DNA of 34,244 nt from Candidatus Hydrogenedentota bacterium (GTDB taxonomy: Bacteria > Hydrogenedentota > Hydrogenedentia > Hydrogenedentales > SLHB01), in NCBI GenBank assembly GCA_026387845.1, contig JAPLKX010000254.1:1-34244 (forward strand), given 5' to 3'. Below the pieces are notes generated by a model. That model did no database searches. It had not been told where the DNA came from and was given only the letters and a program-made list of their open reading frames with translations. Positions 21,451-29,031 of the stretch are shown here, piece after piece. The stretch's first letter is position 1. Each line of letters opens with the position of its first letter. The translations under genes and the position numbers were made by a program.

Positions 21451-22542
21451 CTAACCCTTGAACGATCCATTCTTATAGAACGGGAATTCTTCAGTCACTA
21501 TTTCCATATCTTTCGGGCCGGCGGTGAGGCGTGTTCCGGGCATGGACAACTCGACCGGAATGTAAGCCATCCCGATTCCATAACCGACGCTGGGCCCGTA
21601 GCTGCCGCTGGTCACCACCCCCACGGGGCGGCCTTCGTGAAACACCTCGTAACCCGGGCGCGGGGCCCGGCGGTCCATTGAACGGATGCCGGTTCGCACC
21701 TTGTACCGGCCGAGTTCGCGCTGCATCACGAGGAATTCCTTGGCGTGGAATTCGCTGTTCCAATCGATAAACCGTCCCATCCCGGCTTCGAGCGTGGTGT
21801 GTGATTCGTCGACGTCCTGGCCGTACAGGGTGTAGCCCATTTCGAGCCGGAGCGTGTCTCGCGCGCCAAGCCCTGCCGGCTCGACCGCCGGGTGCGCGGT
21901 GACCTCGCGCCAAAACGGCGCCGCCAGCGCGTTTGGGAGAAAGACTTCGTAGCCCAGTTCGCCCGTATACCCCGTGCGCGACACCAGCATCTCCGAACCT
22001 TGCCACTGCGTCCTGCAGCAGGTGAAATACTTGAGGGGCTCGATGTCGCGCAGGCCAAGGTCCAACAGGACGCGCCGCGACAGCGGCCCCTGGACGTCGA
22101 TCTTTGCGGTGCCGGCCGTGACGTCGGTGGCGAGGCAAACGCGGTAGAGGATTCGGGCGACTTTTTCGTAGGGGCCGGCGTTGGTGACCACGAACAACTC
22201 GTCTTCGCTGAGTTTCATGGCGATGACGTCGTCGATGATGCCGCCGCAGGTGTCGAGGATGCTCGAATACCGGCACCGGCCCACTTTGAGGCAGATCATG
22301 TCGTTGAACACCATCGCCTCGAGTGACCGTATGGCCTTGGGACCCTTGAGTCGGAACTCGCCCATGTGGCAGCAATCAAACACGGAACATTTGGATCGAG
22401 TGTGATGGTGCTCCTCGAGGATACCCTTGAACTGGACGGGCAACATCCATCCGTGGAACTCGGTCATTTTGGCGCCGCGCAGGATGTGTTCGTCGTAGAG
22501 AGGGGTTCTTTTGACGTTTCGTGCTTCCAGGACGGCTTTCAT
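21451..22542 (-). CDS. gcvT: aminomethyltransferase (glycine cleavage T protein)
   Basis: ATG at 22542 with AAGGAGG 5 nt upstream (the ORF-track start 22548 is GTG). KRTPLYDEHILRGAKMTEFHGWMLPVQF, GYTGELGYEVF. Confidence 0.93.
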   Translation of the reverse strand: MKAVLEARNVKRTPLYDEHILRGAKMTEFHGWMLPVQFKGILEEHHHTRSKCSVFDCCHMGEFRLKGPKAIRSLEAMVFNDMICLKVGRCRYSSILDTCGGIIDDVIAMKLSEDELFVVTNAGPYEKVARILYRVCLATDVTAGTAKIDVQGPLSRRVLLDLGLRDIEPLKYFTCCRTQWQGSEMLVSRTGYTGELGYEVFLPNALAAPFWREVTAHPAVEPAGLGARDTLRLEMGYTLYGQDVDESHTTLEAGMGRFIDWNSEFHAKEFLVMQRELGRYKVRTGIRSMDRRAPRPGYEVFHEGRPVGVVTSGSYGPSVGYGIGMAYIPVELSMPGTRLTAGPKDMEIVTEEFPFYKNGSFKG

Positions 22543-22800
22543 AGCCACCTCCTTGCCGGAGGCGATGACGCCTCCGACCTCGCGCGCCCCGCATCGCGCC
22601 GACCCGGAAGCCGGCTCATGCTTGGCGCACAGCTACCCGGCGCGCATCAGCGCGCCAGGCGCCCAGGCGAGCGGCAATCCTGGAACCCGCCGCTTCCTCG
22701 TGGTTCGTTCCACGCAAGTCGCCAGTCACGGCGGGAACATTCAACAGCGAGAATGTGCCACACCGGGGAGGGCCACGTCAAGCCGCCGCGTAACGCGGAT
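22543..22800 (-). promoter_or_regulatory. long structured 5' leader of the gcv operon with an SD-sequestering alternative hairpin (riboswitch-like expression platform; aptamer class not confirmed)
   Basis: About 260 nt without a credible ORF. RNA reads GGAGGCG-UCAU-CGCCUCC-GGC-AAGGAGG-UGGCU-AUG. The CGCCUCC arm (DNA 22569-22575) can pair either with GGAGGCG (22558-22564) or with the SD region GGAGGUG. Several further GC-rich hairpins lie upstream. Confidence 0.4.
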
Positions 22801-23046
22801 GCAAAAATCGGGGACAGTTGGCCATGAGGCTTTGCCTCCCCCGTAAACGATGAAAACAAACTGCCAAAAAAGTAGGTCCCATCTCCGAATGGGACGGGCA
22901 CGGGGCGTTGTCCAGTCCGAATCGGAATTCGGACCTACGCTGTCTGCATCAGTTGGAATTTTCAGAGCAGACACGCTTTTCCAACCGCCTACGGGCCGAA
23001 AATGCGCCTCCAAACTGCCGGAGGCGTGGTCAGTCCCCGTTTTTTG
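22801..23046. repeat. composite/nested copy of the palindromic repeat family (copy 2)
   Basis: Outer arms GCAAAAATCGGGGACAG (22801-22817) and GTCAGTCCCCGTTTTTTGC (23029-23047). The interior contains two CAAACTGCC motifs and a CCAACCGCC...GGGCCGAAAATG block like copy 3. It also contains extra hairpins: GTAGGTCC/GGACCTAC (22872-22879 / 22931-22938), GTCCGAAT/ATTCGGAC, and TGTCTGC/GCAGACA. Confidence 0.75.
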
Positions 23047-23556
23047 CTAAGCGGGCGGGTTAATGTTCCCGGTGTTGTTATAGTCGAGGACTTCGTCGTA
23101 CTTGTACTCGAGTTCGATACGCGCCTGGCGGAGCAAGGATTCAGATTCGCCGCCCGCGTGATATTTGCGCTCGCACACGACGCGCTTGATGCCGCTGTTG
23201 ATCAGGAGCATGGCGCACGTGCGGCACGGCGTCATCTGCAGGTAAATGGTGGCGCCGTCAATCGATACGCCCAGTTTGGCAGCCTGGCAGATGGCGTTCT
23301 GCTCGGCGTGAACGGTGCGCATGCAATGCGAGGTATGGATACCGTCCTCGTGCACGAGTTGTTTCATTTGGTGGCCGACCTCGTCGCAGTGGGGCAGGCC
23401 GGCGGGCGCCCCAGCGTAGCCGGTTACCAACAATTGTTTGTTGCGGGCGATGACGCATCCGATCCGGCCGCGGTCGCAGGTGGACCGCTTGGCGATGGCG
23501 CGCGCCACCTCGAGAAAATAATCGTCCCAGGAAGGTCTCTGATACTCGGTCGCCAT
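23047..23556 (-). CDS. dCMP deaminase (CMP/dCMP-type zinc deaminase)
   Basis: 169 aa. WDDYFLEVARAIAKRSTC. Zinc motifs HAEQNAI and PCRTCAMLLINSGIKRVV. Confidence 0.9.
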   Translation of the reverse strand: MATEYQRPSWDDYFLEVARAIAKRSTCDRGRIGCVIARNKQLLVTGYAGAPAGLPHCDEVGHQMKQLVHEDGIHTSHCMRTVHAEQNAICQAAKLGVSIDGATIYLQMTPCRTCAMLLINSGIKRVVCERKYHAGGESESLLRQARIELEYKYDEVLDYNNTGNINPPA

Positions 23557-23687
23557 AGTCGCCGATCCCCTGTATTACCGTGTGATTCTATACGACGTGA
23601 GACAATTGGGACAATTGAGACGATTGGGACCTCTGAAACTCCCGATTGGCTGTCCTTTGCACGCCTTATCACCTCCAGAAAAGGTAA

Positions 23688-24422
23688 CTAGAACTGGTCG
23701 GACGGGTGTTTCATGGGCTCCCAAGTGAGTACGATGGCGGGTTCTTGATGTTTTCTCGCCACCAACTCGTCGCCTTCGTACAGTTCGATGTACTCGGTGG
23801 AATTATCGTAAGTGAGGATGCCGGGCCCGCGTGTGATCAGGATGCGCACGGCCGAATCCTCCGGGACGATCACGTGGTTGGTATGTTCGGAAGTCGATTT
23901 GAACGCCACGCCGATCCCGGAGTGAAAAAACCCCCGCGTGATATGGTTGAAATAGGCGGTGCTGCCGAACGGCGTGCTGATTACAAACCCATCGCCCAAG
24001 ATTTCGATGCCGGACTTGTAGGTATCCTCGTCGATCCACATTCTAAACCGCAATGCCGAGTTGATCCGCGCCATATGGACATTGATCTCGTTCATGGCGG
24101 TGAGCACGGAGGCGGGTCCGGGCTGGTCGGCGCGCAGGACCACACATTCCAGCTTGGCGTACAACGTTTCGACCAGTTCGCCCCTGGCGAGCCGCTCGAT
24201 GACGGCGGCGGGGGGATGCTCGATGCACCGGTTTCCCCGCCGGCTGTTTCGGATGGGCGCCTTGGGGACGCCGGGCCACTGGCGTTCGGCGGCCAGCAGC
24301 GTGCCGTCGCCGCCGTAGCAGACAACGACGTCGGGGTCTTTCAGTACGAGTTCGAGTTGCGGGTATTTCTGGAACTCGTCTCGAATGTCGGTCGCGCGCG
24401 CGCCAAACAACAAAACTCTCAT
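23688..24422 (-). CDS. nadK: NAD(+) kinase family protein
   Basis: 244 aa. VVCYGGDGTLLAAER (GGDG motif), TAMNEINV, STPFGSTAYF. Somewhat short for the family. Confidence 0.75.
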   Translation of the reverse strand: MRVLLFGARATDIRDEFQKYPQLELVLKDPDVVVCYGGDGTLLAAERQWPGVPKAPIRNSRRGNRCIEHPPAAVIERLARGELVETLYAKLECVVLRADQPGPASVLTAMNEINVHMARINSALRFRMWIDEDTYKSGIEILGDGFVISTPFGSTAYFNHITRGFFHSGIGVAFKSTSEHTNHVIVPEDSAVRILITRGPGILTYDNSTEYIELYEGDELVARKHQEPAIVLTWEPMKHPSDQF

Positions 24423-24452
24423 GAACCTTTCCTAAGTGGGCCACTTCATAAG

Positions 24453-24588
24453 TTCGCTAATGTATTCATGCCTCAAAAAGCGGGGACAGACACGATTTTC
24501 AAACCGCCTGCGGGCCGAAAATCGAGTCGGTCCCCACTTTTTGCTTTGTGTATTATACGTTGCCATATTTACGGATCTGTGTACCTAG
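24453..24588. repeat. palindromic repeat family copy 3, extended ~135-bp unit
   Basis: Core hairpin CAAAAAGCGGGGACAGACACGATTTTCAAACCGCCTGCGGGCCGAAAATCGAGTCGGTCCCCACTTTTTG (24474-24543). Flanks TTCGCTAATGTATTCATG and GCTTTGTGTATTATACGTTGCCATATTTACGGATCTGTGTACCTAG are also shared with copy 4. Confidence 0.85.
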
Positions 24589-24637
24589 CGTTCATAGCGC
24601 CAACAGAATAGCGTCGGGCTGTGAACCGGCCGGTGGT

Positions 24638-24994
24638 TTAAACGTTGCCGGTTGCCAGATCGTGTTCGACGTAATTGACGACGGCGGAGTGGTCGTCGTC
24701 GGAGATCTTGGTATAGAGGATGGCGACCTTGAACCGGTCGTCGCCTTTTTCATCGGGATCGCACCTGACAACGATGCCTTCGCACTCGATCCGTTTTGTC
24801 TCCGGCCGGGGGATCTCGAGGACGATACTCATGCGCGTCATGACGGGGATCGGTTTGACGGTGTGGCACAGAATGCCGTTGCCGCTGACGTTGTCGATGT
24901 GATTCAGGACGCCCGGCCCGGCTTCGTCCATGACGGCTGGAAATCCGCGCCGGCTCCGCGGATAGCGTCGCCGCTCTTCTCCCTCGTAGTGCAT
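24638..24994 (-). CDS. PilZ-domain protein (putative c-di-GMP receptor)
   Basis: ATG at 24994 with AAGGA 6 nt upstream (the ORF-track start 25009 is TTG). RRxxxR motif in EERRRYPRSRR and (D/N)xSxxG motif in DNVSGNGI. Confidence 0.8.
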   Translation of the reverse strand: MHYEGEERRRYPRSRRGFPAVMDEAGPGVLNHIDNVSGNGILCHTVKPIPVMTRMSIVLEIPRPETKRIECEGIVVRCDPDEKGDDRFKVAILYTKISDDDHSAVVNYVEHDLATGNV

Positions 24995-25193
24995 AAAAAA
25001 TCCTTTCAACCCAGTGGAGTGGTGTGCTTATGGTACCGCACGGGGCCGATTAACGCAACGGAGAAGAGGCCGGGTCGATCTCCTGCTCGACCGCAGCCTC
25101 TAACCGGCAGACTTTGGCGTTAAACCCCTCCACCGCCGCCACACGGTCGCGCGGGAGCGCGACCCCACCGCGGTGCTGGTGATGCGGCAGGCT

Positions 25194-26330
25194 TCAGCCG
25201 TAGTACTCGTCAAAATACTTATGGGCGGCGAGGACGGCGTGGCGCATCATGTCTTCGGCTTTCGCAGTCTGGCGCGCGGCCAGGAGGGCCATCAGCGCGT
25301 TGACGTCAATCTCGGCGGCGGATTTGGCGCAGGCTTCCCAGCTCAACACGCTGCGCACGACTCTGTCGACGGCCTGGTCGGCGTTGTCGTAGGGGCGCGG
25401 CTGCATGTCGTGGCCTTTCCACCGCGCGTAGCCGGCTTCCTGCACGAGGCCCGCGATGGCGACGTTGAACCCGTTGACGCGGCATCCGTGGTCGATGTCG
25501 AACTTGCCGGGCCCGCCGAGGATGATGCCGTCGTTGTACCCCTGGCTGTTGAGGTGCATGTGCATGACGGCGCCGTTGTCGATTTCCTCGACGGTGTCGT
25601 ACACGTGGTCAAGGCCGATCATTTCGGAATGGCCGAATTCTTTGTTGACTCCCTTGTTTGTCCGCGGCACCTTAAATTCTTCCTCGAGTTTCCGCCAAAA
25701 CAGGATGGCGCTGGCGACGGTCGGGATAAGCATGGCGGGGTGGCCTTCATTTGGTTTGGGCTCGAATGCGAACCGCAGCAGGCCGCCCTTTTTCGCCTCG
25801 TATTTGCAGAGGCCCGCGACGCTTTCCTTTAGGTTCTGGTACATCCTTCGTATGCCGACGGTTGCGATATCGTAGCCGTACGACCCGTTCCAAAGCACGT
25901 AGGCCGGCGCCAACTGCTCGTCGGGATGCCAGGCTTTCCTCAGCGGCCCGTAGGCGACGTCGACAGCGCGCGTGCCCAGACCTTCGGCGGCTTTGCGCTC
26001 GCTCGGGTCGAGCGAACTGATGCCGCCGTAGGCAAAATGGCTGTGTGCGCCGGGCGTAATCAGCGCCAAGTGAAGGCCCGTGGACACCATGGCGTCGGCG
26101 ATTTCAGGTGCGGTCTTCTCATTGACCTCCGCGTCGTAATGCACCTCGATGCCCAGCTTGACGTGTTTGGGCATCCGCGGCACAACCTTTTCCGCGGTCA
26201 GCCGGATCATGTCGGCGGTCGAAAACATGCCCCCAAACTCCGGCCTGATGTTGCTGGGCACAAACCCGCCTTTGCCGGCGTTGAACGTCCAGCGGCAAAT
26301 GCTGTGATAAGAAAGATTCTGGTTGCTCAT
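25194..26330 (-). CDS. xylose-isomerase-family TIM-barrel sugar isomerase (class-I XylA-like, divergent)
   Basis: ATG at 26330 with GAGGA upstream. FEPKPNEGHPAMLIPTVASAILF, NKEFGHSEMIGLD and HMHLNSQGY parallel the XylA blocks IEPKPNEP..., NPEVGHEQMAGL and FHIDLNGQ. Confidence 0.7.
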   Translation of the reverse strand: MSNQNLSYHSICRWTFNAGKGGFVPSNIRPEFGGMFSTADMIRLTAEKVVPRMPKHVKLGIEVHYDAEVNEKTAPEIADAMVSTGLHLALITPGAHSHFAYGGISSLDPSERKAAEGLGTRAVDVAYGPLRKAWHPDEQLAPAYVLWNGSYGYDIATVGIRRMYQNLKESVAGLCKYEAKKGGLLRFAFEPKPNEGHPAMLIPTVASAILFWRKLEEEFKVPRTNKGVNKEFGHSEMIGLDHVYDTVEEIDNGAVMHMHLNSQGYNDGIILGGPGKFDIDHGCRVNGFNVAIAGLVQEAGYARWKGHDMQPRPYDNADQAVDRVVRSVLSWEACAKSAAEIDVNALMALLAARQTAKAEDMMRHAVLAAHKYFDEYYG

Positions 26331-26374
26331 CCCTGTTCCTCTTTTCTTCGACACTTAGTACTCTTGTTCGTAAA

Positions 26375-26500
26375 TTCGGTCAGCTATTCATGGCGCGAAA
26401 AGCAGGGACAGACACGATTTTCAAACTGCCGGGGGCGCGTCAGTCCCTGTTTTTCGCTTTGTCTATCGTACGTTCCCGTATTTGTGAATCCGTCTACTTA
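26375..26500. repeat. palindromic repeat family copy 4, extended unit
   Basis: Core GCGAAAAGCAGGGACAGACACGATTTTCAAACTGCCGGGGGCGCGTCAGTCCCTGTTTTTCGC (26395-26457). Flanks TTCGGTCAGCTATTCATGG and TTTGTCTATCGTACGTTCCCGTATTTGTGAATCCGTCTACTTAG align with copy 3. Confidence 0.85.
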
Positions 26501-27523
26501 GTTCTGAGGTTCAATAATCACCTTGAGCGAATCGCCGGCGCCGGCGACAAGCTGGAAACCTTTTTGCGTCTCGGCCAGCGGGAGCCGGTGCGTGATCATA
26601 TTGCTCACCGGCAGCCGCCGCGCCGCCAGCAGTTCATTGGCCACCTGCGCTTCGTAGGGGCTGTTGGCGTACGACGGCAACACGGTAATTCCGTTGCGCC
26701 AGAACTCGTTGAGCGGTATCGGCAGCTCGACGCCGGGATCGGTCGTGGCAAAACACAGGATTGTCCCGGCCCGGTCAACGGATTTCAGCGCCTGTTGAAA
26801 CGCGGTCAGCGCACCGGTACACACGATCACCAGATCCGCCGGGCGACCCCCGTTGGCTTCGCGGACCCGCGCCGGCACGTCATCCCGCGCATTGATGGTG
26901 GCGTCCGCCCCGAACTCACCGGCCTTTGACAGTCTGTAGGGGCTGATGTCGGTGGCGATGATGCGGCCGGCGCCCGTGGCACGCGCCAGCATGATGTGAA
27001 GCAGACCGCTGATGCCGCTGCCCATCACGACAACCGCCTGGCCGGGCTTGAAACGGGCCAGGCGCTGGCCGCGGATCACGCAGGCCAGCGGCTCGACGAA
27101 CGCGCCCTCCTCGTACGACACGGTCTCCGGCAGTACGAACGTGCCGCGGTCCACGTTGATGGCGGGGATGCGCACAAACTCGGCAAATCCCCCCGGATCG
27201 AAATTCGTGGTGTGAAGCGTCCGGCAGACGGTGTGGTTGCCGTTGAGGCAATACCAGCACGTATTACACGGGACATGATGCGACACAAACACCCGCTGGC
27301 CCGGCCGGAACCGCGTCACCCGCTCGCCCGCCTCGGCGATCTCGCCGGCGATCTCGTGCCCCAGCACGATGGGCGCTTTCTTGATGCGGTACCACTCGAG
27401 CACGTCGCTGCCGCAGATGCCGCTGGCGATGATCTTGACGAGCAATTCGTCCGGCGCGATTTTGGGCACGGGCATCTGCTCGAGCCGCACGTCGCTGTTG
27501 CGGTAATACATGGCCACCCGCAT
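26498..27523 (-). CDS. zinc-dependent alcohol/polyol dehydrogenase (MDR family; threonine/sorbitol dehydrogenase-like)
   Basis: GICGSDV, GHEIAGEI. Structural-zinc cysteines CNTCWYCLNGNHTVC. Rossmann VVMGSGISGLL. AGGAGG RBS. TAA stop. Confidence 0.88.
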   Translation of the reverse strand: MRVAMYYRNSDVRLEQMPVPKIAPDELLVKIIASGICGSDVLEWYRIKKAPIVLGHEIAGEIAEAGERVTRFRPGQRVFVSHHVPCNTCWYCLNGNHTVCRTLHTTNFDPGGFAEFVRIPAINVDRGTFVLPETVSYEEGAFVEPLACVIRGQRLARFKPGQAVVVMGSGISGLLHIMLARATGAGRIIATDISPYRLSKAGEFGADATINARDDVPARVREANGGRPADLVIVCTGALTAFQQALKSVDRAGTILCFATTDPGVELPIPLNEFWRNGITVLPSYANSPYEAQVANELLAARRLPVSNMITHRLPLAETQKGFQLVAGAGDSLKVIIEPQN

Positions 27524-27526
27524 TGG

Positions 27527-27745
27527 TCAGGCCTCCTGTGTGGCCTTTACAACGTGGTACCCGTGCTTGATCAGCCAGTGGTGGAAATCGTACGTGGTGT
27601 GAAGGCACCGCGACGAGCAAATGGCCCGGATTTCCTCATAGTCGGGCGTCTCCGGCGCGGTCTTGTCCAACAGCACTTGCACGGGGCATCGCACATCCTT
27701 GCAATACGCCCGCCGCTCGTAGTCCATAAATCCAGGAATCGCCAT
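27527..27745 (-). CDS. small conserved-looking hypothetical protein (72 aa, four Cys), first gene of the dehydrogenase operon
   Basis: ATG at 27745 with AAGGAGA RBS. Its stop lies 3 nt before the dehydrogenase start. Cys residues at CKDVRC and CSSRC (C-x4-C ... C-x3-C). Confidence 0.55.
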   Translation of the reverse strand: MAIPGFMDYERRAYCKDVRCPVQVLLDKTAPETPDYEEIRAICSSRCLHTTYDFHHWLIKHGYHVVKATQEA

Positions 27746-27815
27746 TTTCGTTTCTCCTTTGATTTCCTTACGCTATCACAAACCGCCGTATCGAAAAAAG
27801 CATTAAACTCTCTCT

Positions 27816-27860
27816 TTTTATTCATCATTTATCATTCATTTATTCATTTATTCATCATTA
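27816..27860. repeat. AT-rich degenerate tandem array of TTTATTCA(TCA) units in a divergent promoter region
   Basis: TTTTATTCATCATTTATCATTCATTTATTCATTTATTCATCATTA read directly. A strong local GC drop in an otherwise GC-rich genome. Confidence 0.8.
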
Positions 27861-27862
27861 CG

Positions 27863-27892
27863 TTGTATGCCGCCGCCGGCCTTCGCTATAAT
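27863..27892 (+). promoter_or_regulatory. candidate sigma-70 promoter for lptF
   Basis: TTGTAT (27863-27868), 18-nt spacer, TATAAT (27887-27892). Lies 27 nt upstream of the lptF ATG. Confidence 0.45.
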
Positions 27893-27918
27893 CGACGCAG
27901 CTTAAACAAGGGCTGTCA

Positions 27919-29031
27919 ATGGGCATACTGAGCCGATACGTGCTGCGCCAGATCGCCGTGCCGTCGCTGCTGGCGGTTGCGGTGGTCGCTATTCTGGGCG
28001 TAGCCAACGAAATCCAGGAAGAACAACGCGATACGATCCTGCCGCTGGCCCAGATGACGATGGGCGACCTGGGCCGGCTGGTGATGTATTTTTTGCCGGC
28101 GCTGGTCGGGTACCTCATCCCGATCACGTATATGCTGGGTATCATGCTGGCGTTTGGCCGGTTCTCCCACGACAACGAAATCGTCGCCATGAAAGCCGCG
28201 GGCATCCCGATCAAGCGGATTGTGCTTCCAATTATCCTGGTTGGCGCGGTGCTGAGCGGTGCGTCGTTCTGGATCCAGGACCGGATCCACCCGTGGGCGG
28301 TGCGCCGGGCGGATGAGTTTATCCACGGCGAACTGCCGCTGCGCGCCACGCTCGAAGTCCTGCCGACGGGCGTTATCCAGGAGTACGGCGGCTGGCGCAT
28401 CTACATCGGCAAAAAAGACCCCGCCGAAGGCACGCTCGAAAAAATCGTGATCCTCAAGCCCGAGGAAAACGGCGGGGCCTCCACCTACTACGCCGAAAGC
28501 GCAAAAATCTCCAAACAAAACGGGCGTAATATGCTGGAACTCGCAAACGTCCATTTTATCCAGTCCGGTGAAGGCAATGACATAATGCCGTTGCGGGCCG
28601 ACACCACCAGCCTGCCCATACCTCAAATCAAAACCCGAATCCCCGACAGCGGCCGAAACGCTATGAACCTCCGCCAGCTCCTGTCCAATGAGACAACGCT
28701 CGCCGGCCAGATCGCCCAGACGCCGTCGGAACCCGCCAAGCTGGAGTTGCTCAAAGTGCGCCGGGACATCGCCGACCGGCTGTCGCTTCCGTTTGCGTGC
28801 CTGGCGGTAAGCCTTGCGGCGGCGCCGCTGGGCGCGAGGGCCAAACGGTCAGGCCGGTCCTATACGTTCGCGGTAGGGTTTTCGGTGCTCCTGATTTATT
28901 ACGTCTTGCAGATGCTGGTGGAAGGCCACTCGCTGCAGCCGCTGTGGTTGACGGTGCTGCGCCTGTGGGTGCCCAACCTGCTGTTCTGCCTGGCGGGCCT
29001 GTTCTTCCTGTGGCGGGTGGACCGGGTATGA
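27919..29031 (+). CDS. lptF: LPS export ABC permease, LptF/LptG (YjgP/YjgQ) family
   Basis: 370 aa. N-terminus MGILSRYVLRQIAVPSLLAVAVVAILG. Multiple TM segments with a large periplasmic loop. The stop overlaps the next start (ATGA at 29028-29031). Confidence 0.8.
   Translation: MGILSRYVLRQIAVPSLLAVAVVAILGVANEIQEEQRDTILPLAQMTMGDLGRLVMYFLPALVGYLIPITYMLGIMLAFGRFSHDNEIVAMKAAGIPIKRIVLPIILVGAVLSGASFWIQDRIHPWAVRRADEFIHGELPLRATLEVLPTGVIQEYGGWRIYIGKKDPAEGTLEKIVILKPEENGGASTYYAESAKISKQNGRNMLELANVHFIQSGEGNDIMPLRADTTSLPIPQIKTRIPDSGRNAMNLRQLLSNETTLAGQIAQTPSEPAKLELLKVRRDIADRLSLPFACLAVSLAAAPLGARAKRSGRSYTFAVGFSVLLIYYVLQMLVEGHSLQPLWLTVLRLWVPNLLFCLAGLFFLWRVDRV

Noticed and set aside
22543-22860. A confident call of a canonical tandem glycine riboswitch
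   Set aside because: Genomic context favours it, but I could not find the conserved GGAGAG, ACCGAAGGGGCAA or CUCAGGCAAAAGGAC cores by eye. I report it only as a structured leader that needs a covariance-model search.
23706-24611. 301-aa plus-strand ORF, and 26390-26929 (179 aa). They share KAGTDTIFK(L/P)P plus FAL(C/S)I(I/V)R peptide blocks: the first at its C-terminus, the second at its N-terminus.
   Set aside because: The shared peptide is the translation of the palindromic intergenic repeat. The remainder of each ORF is antisense to nadK or to the dehydrogenase.
28797-29027. N-terminal extension of the lptG ORF
   Set aside because: It overlaps the 3' end of lptF in another frame. The family-typical N-terminus MTILDRYL starts at 29028.
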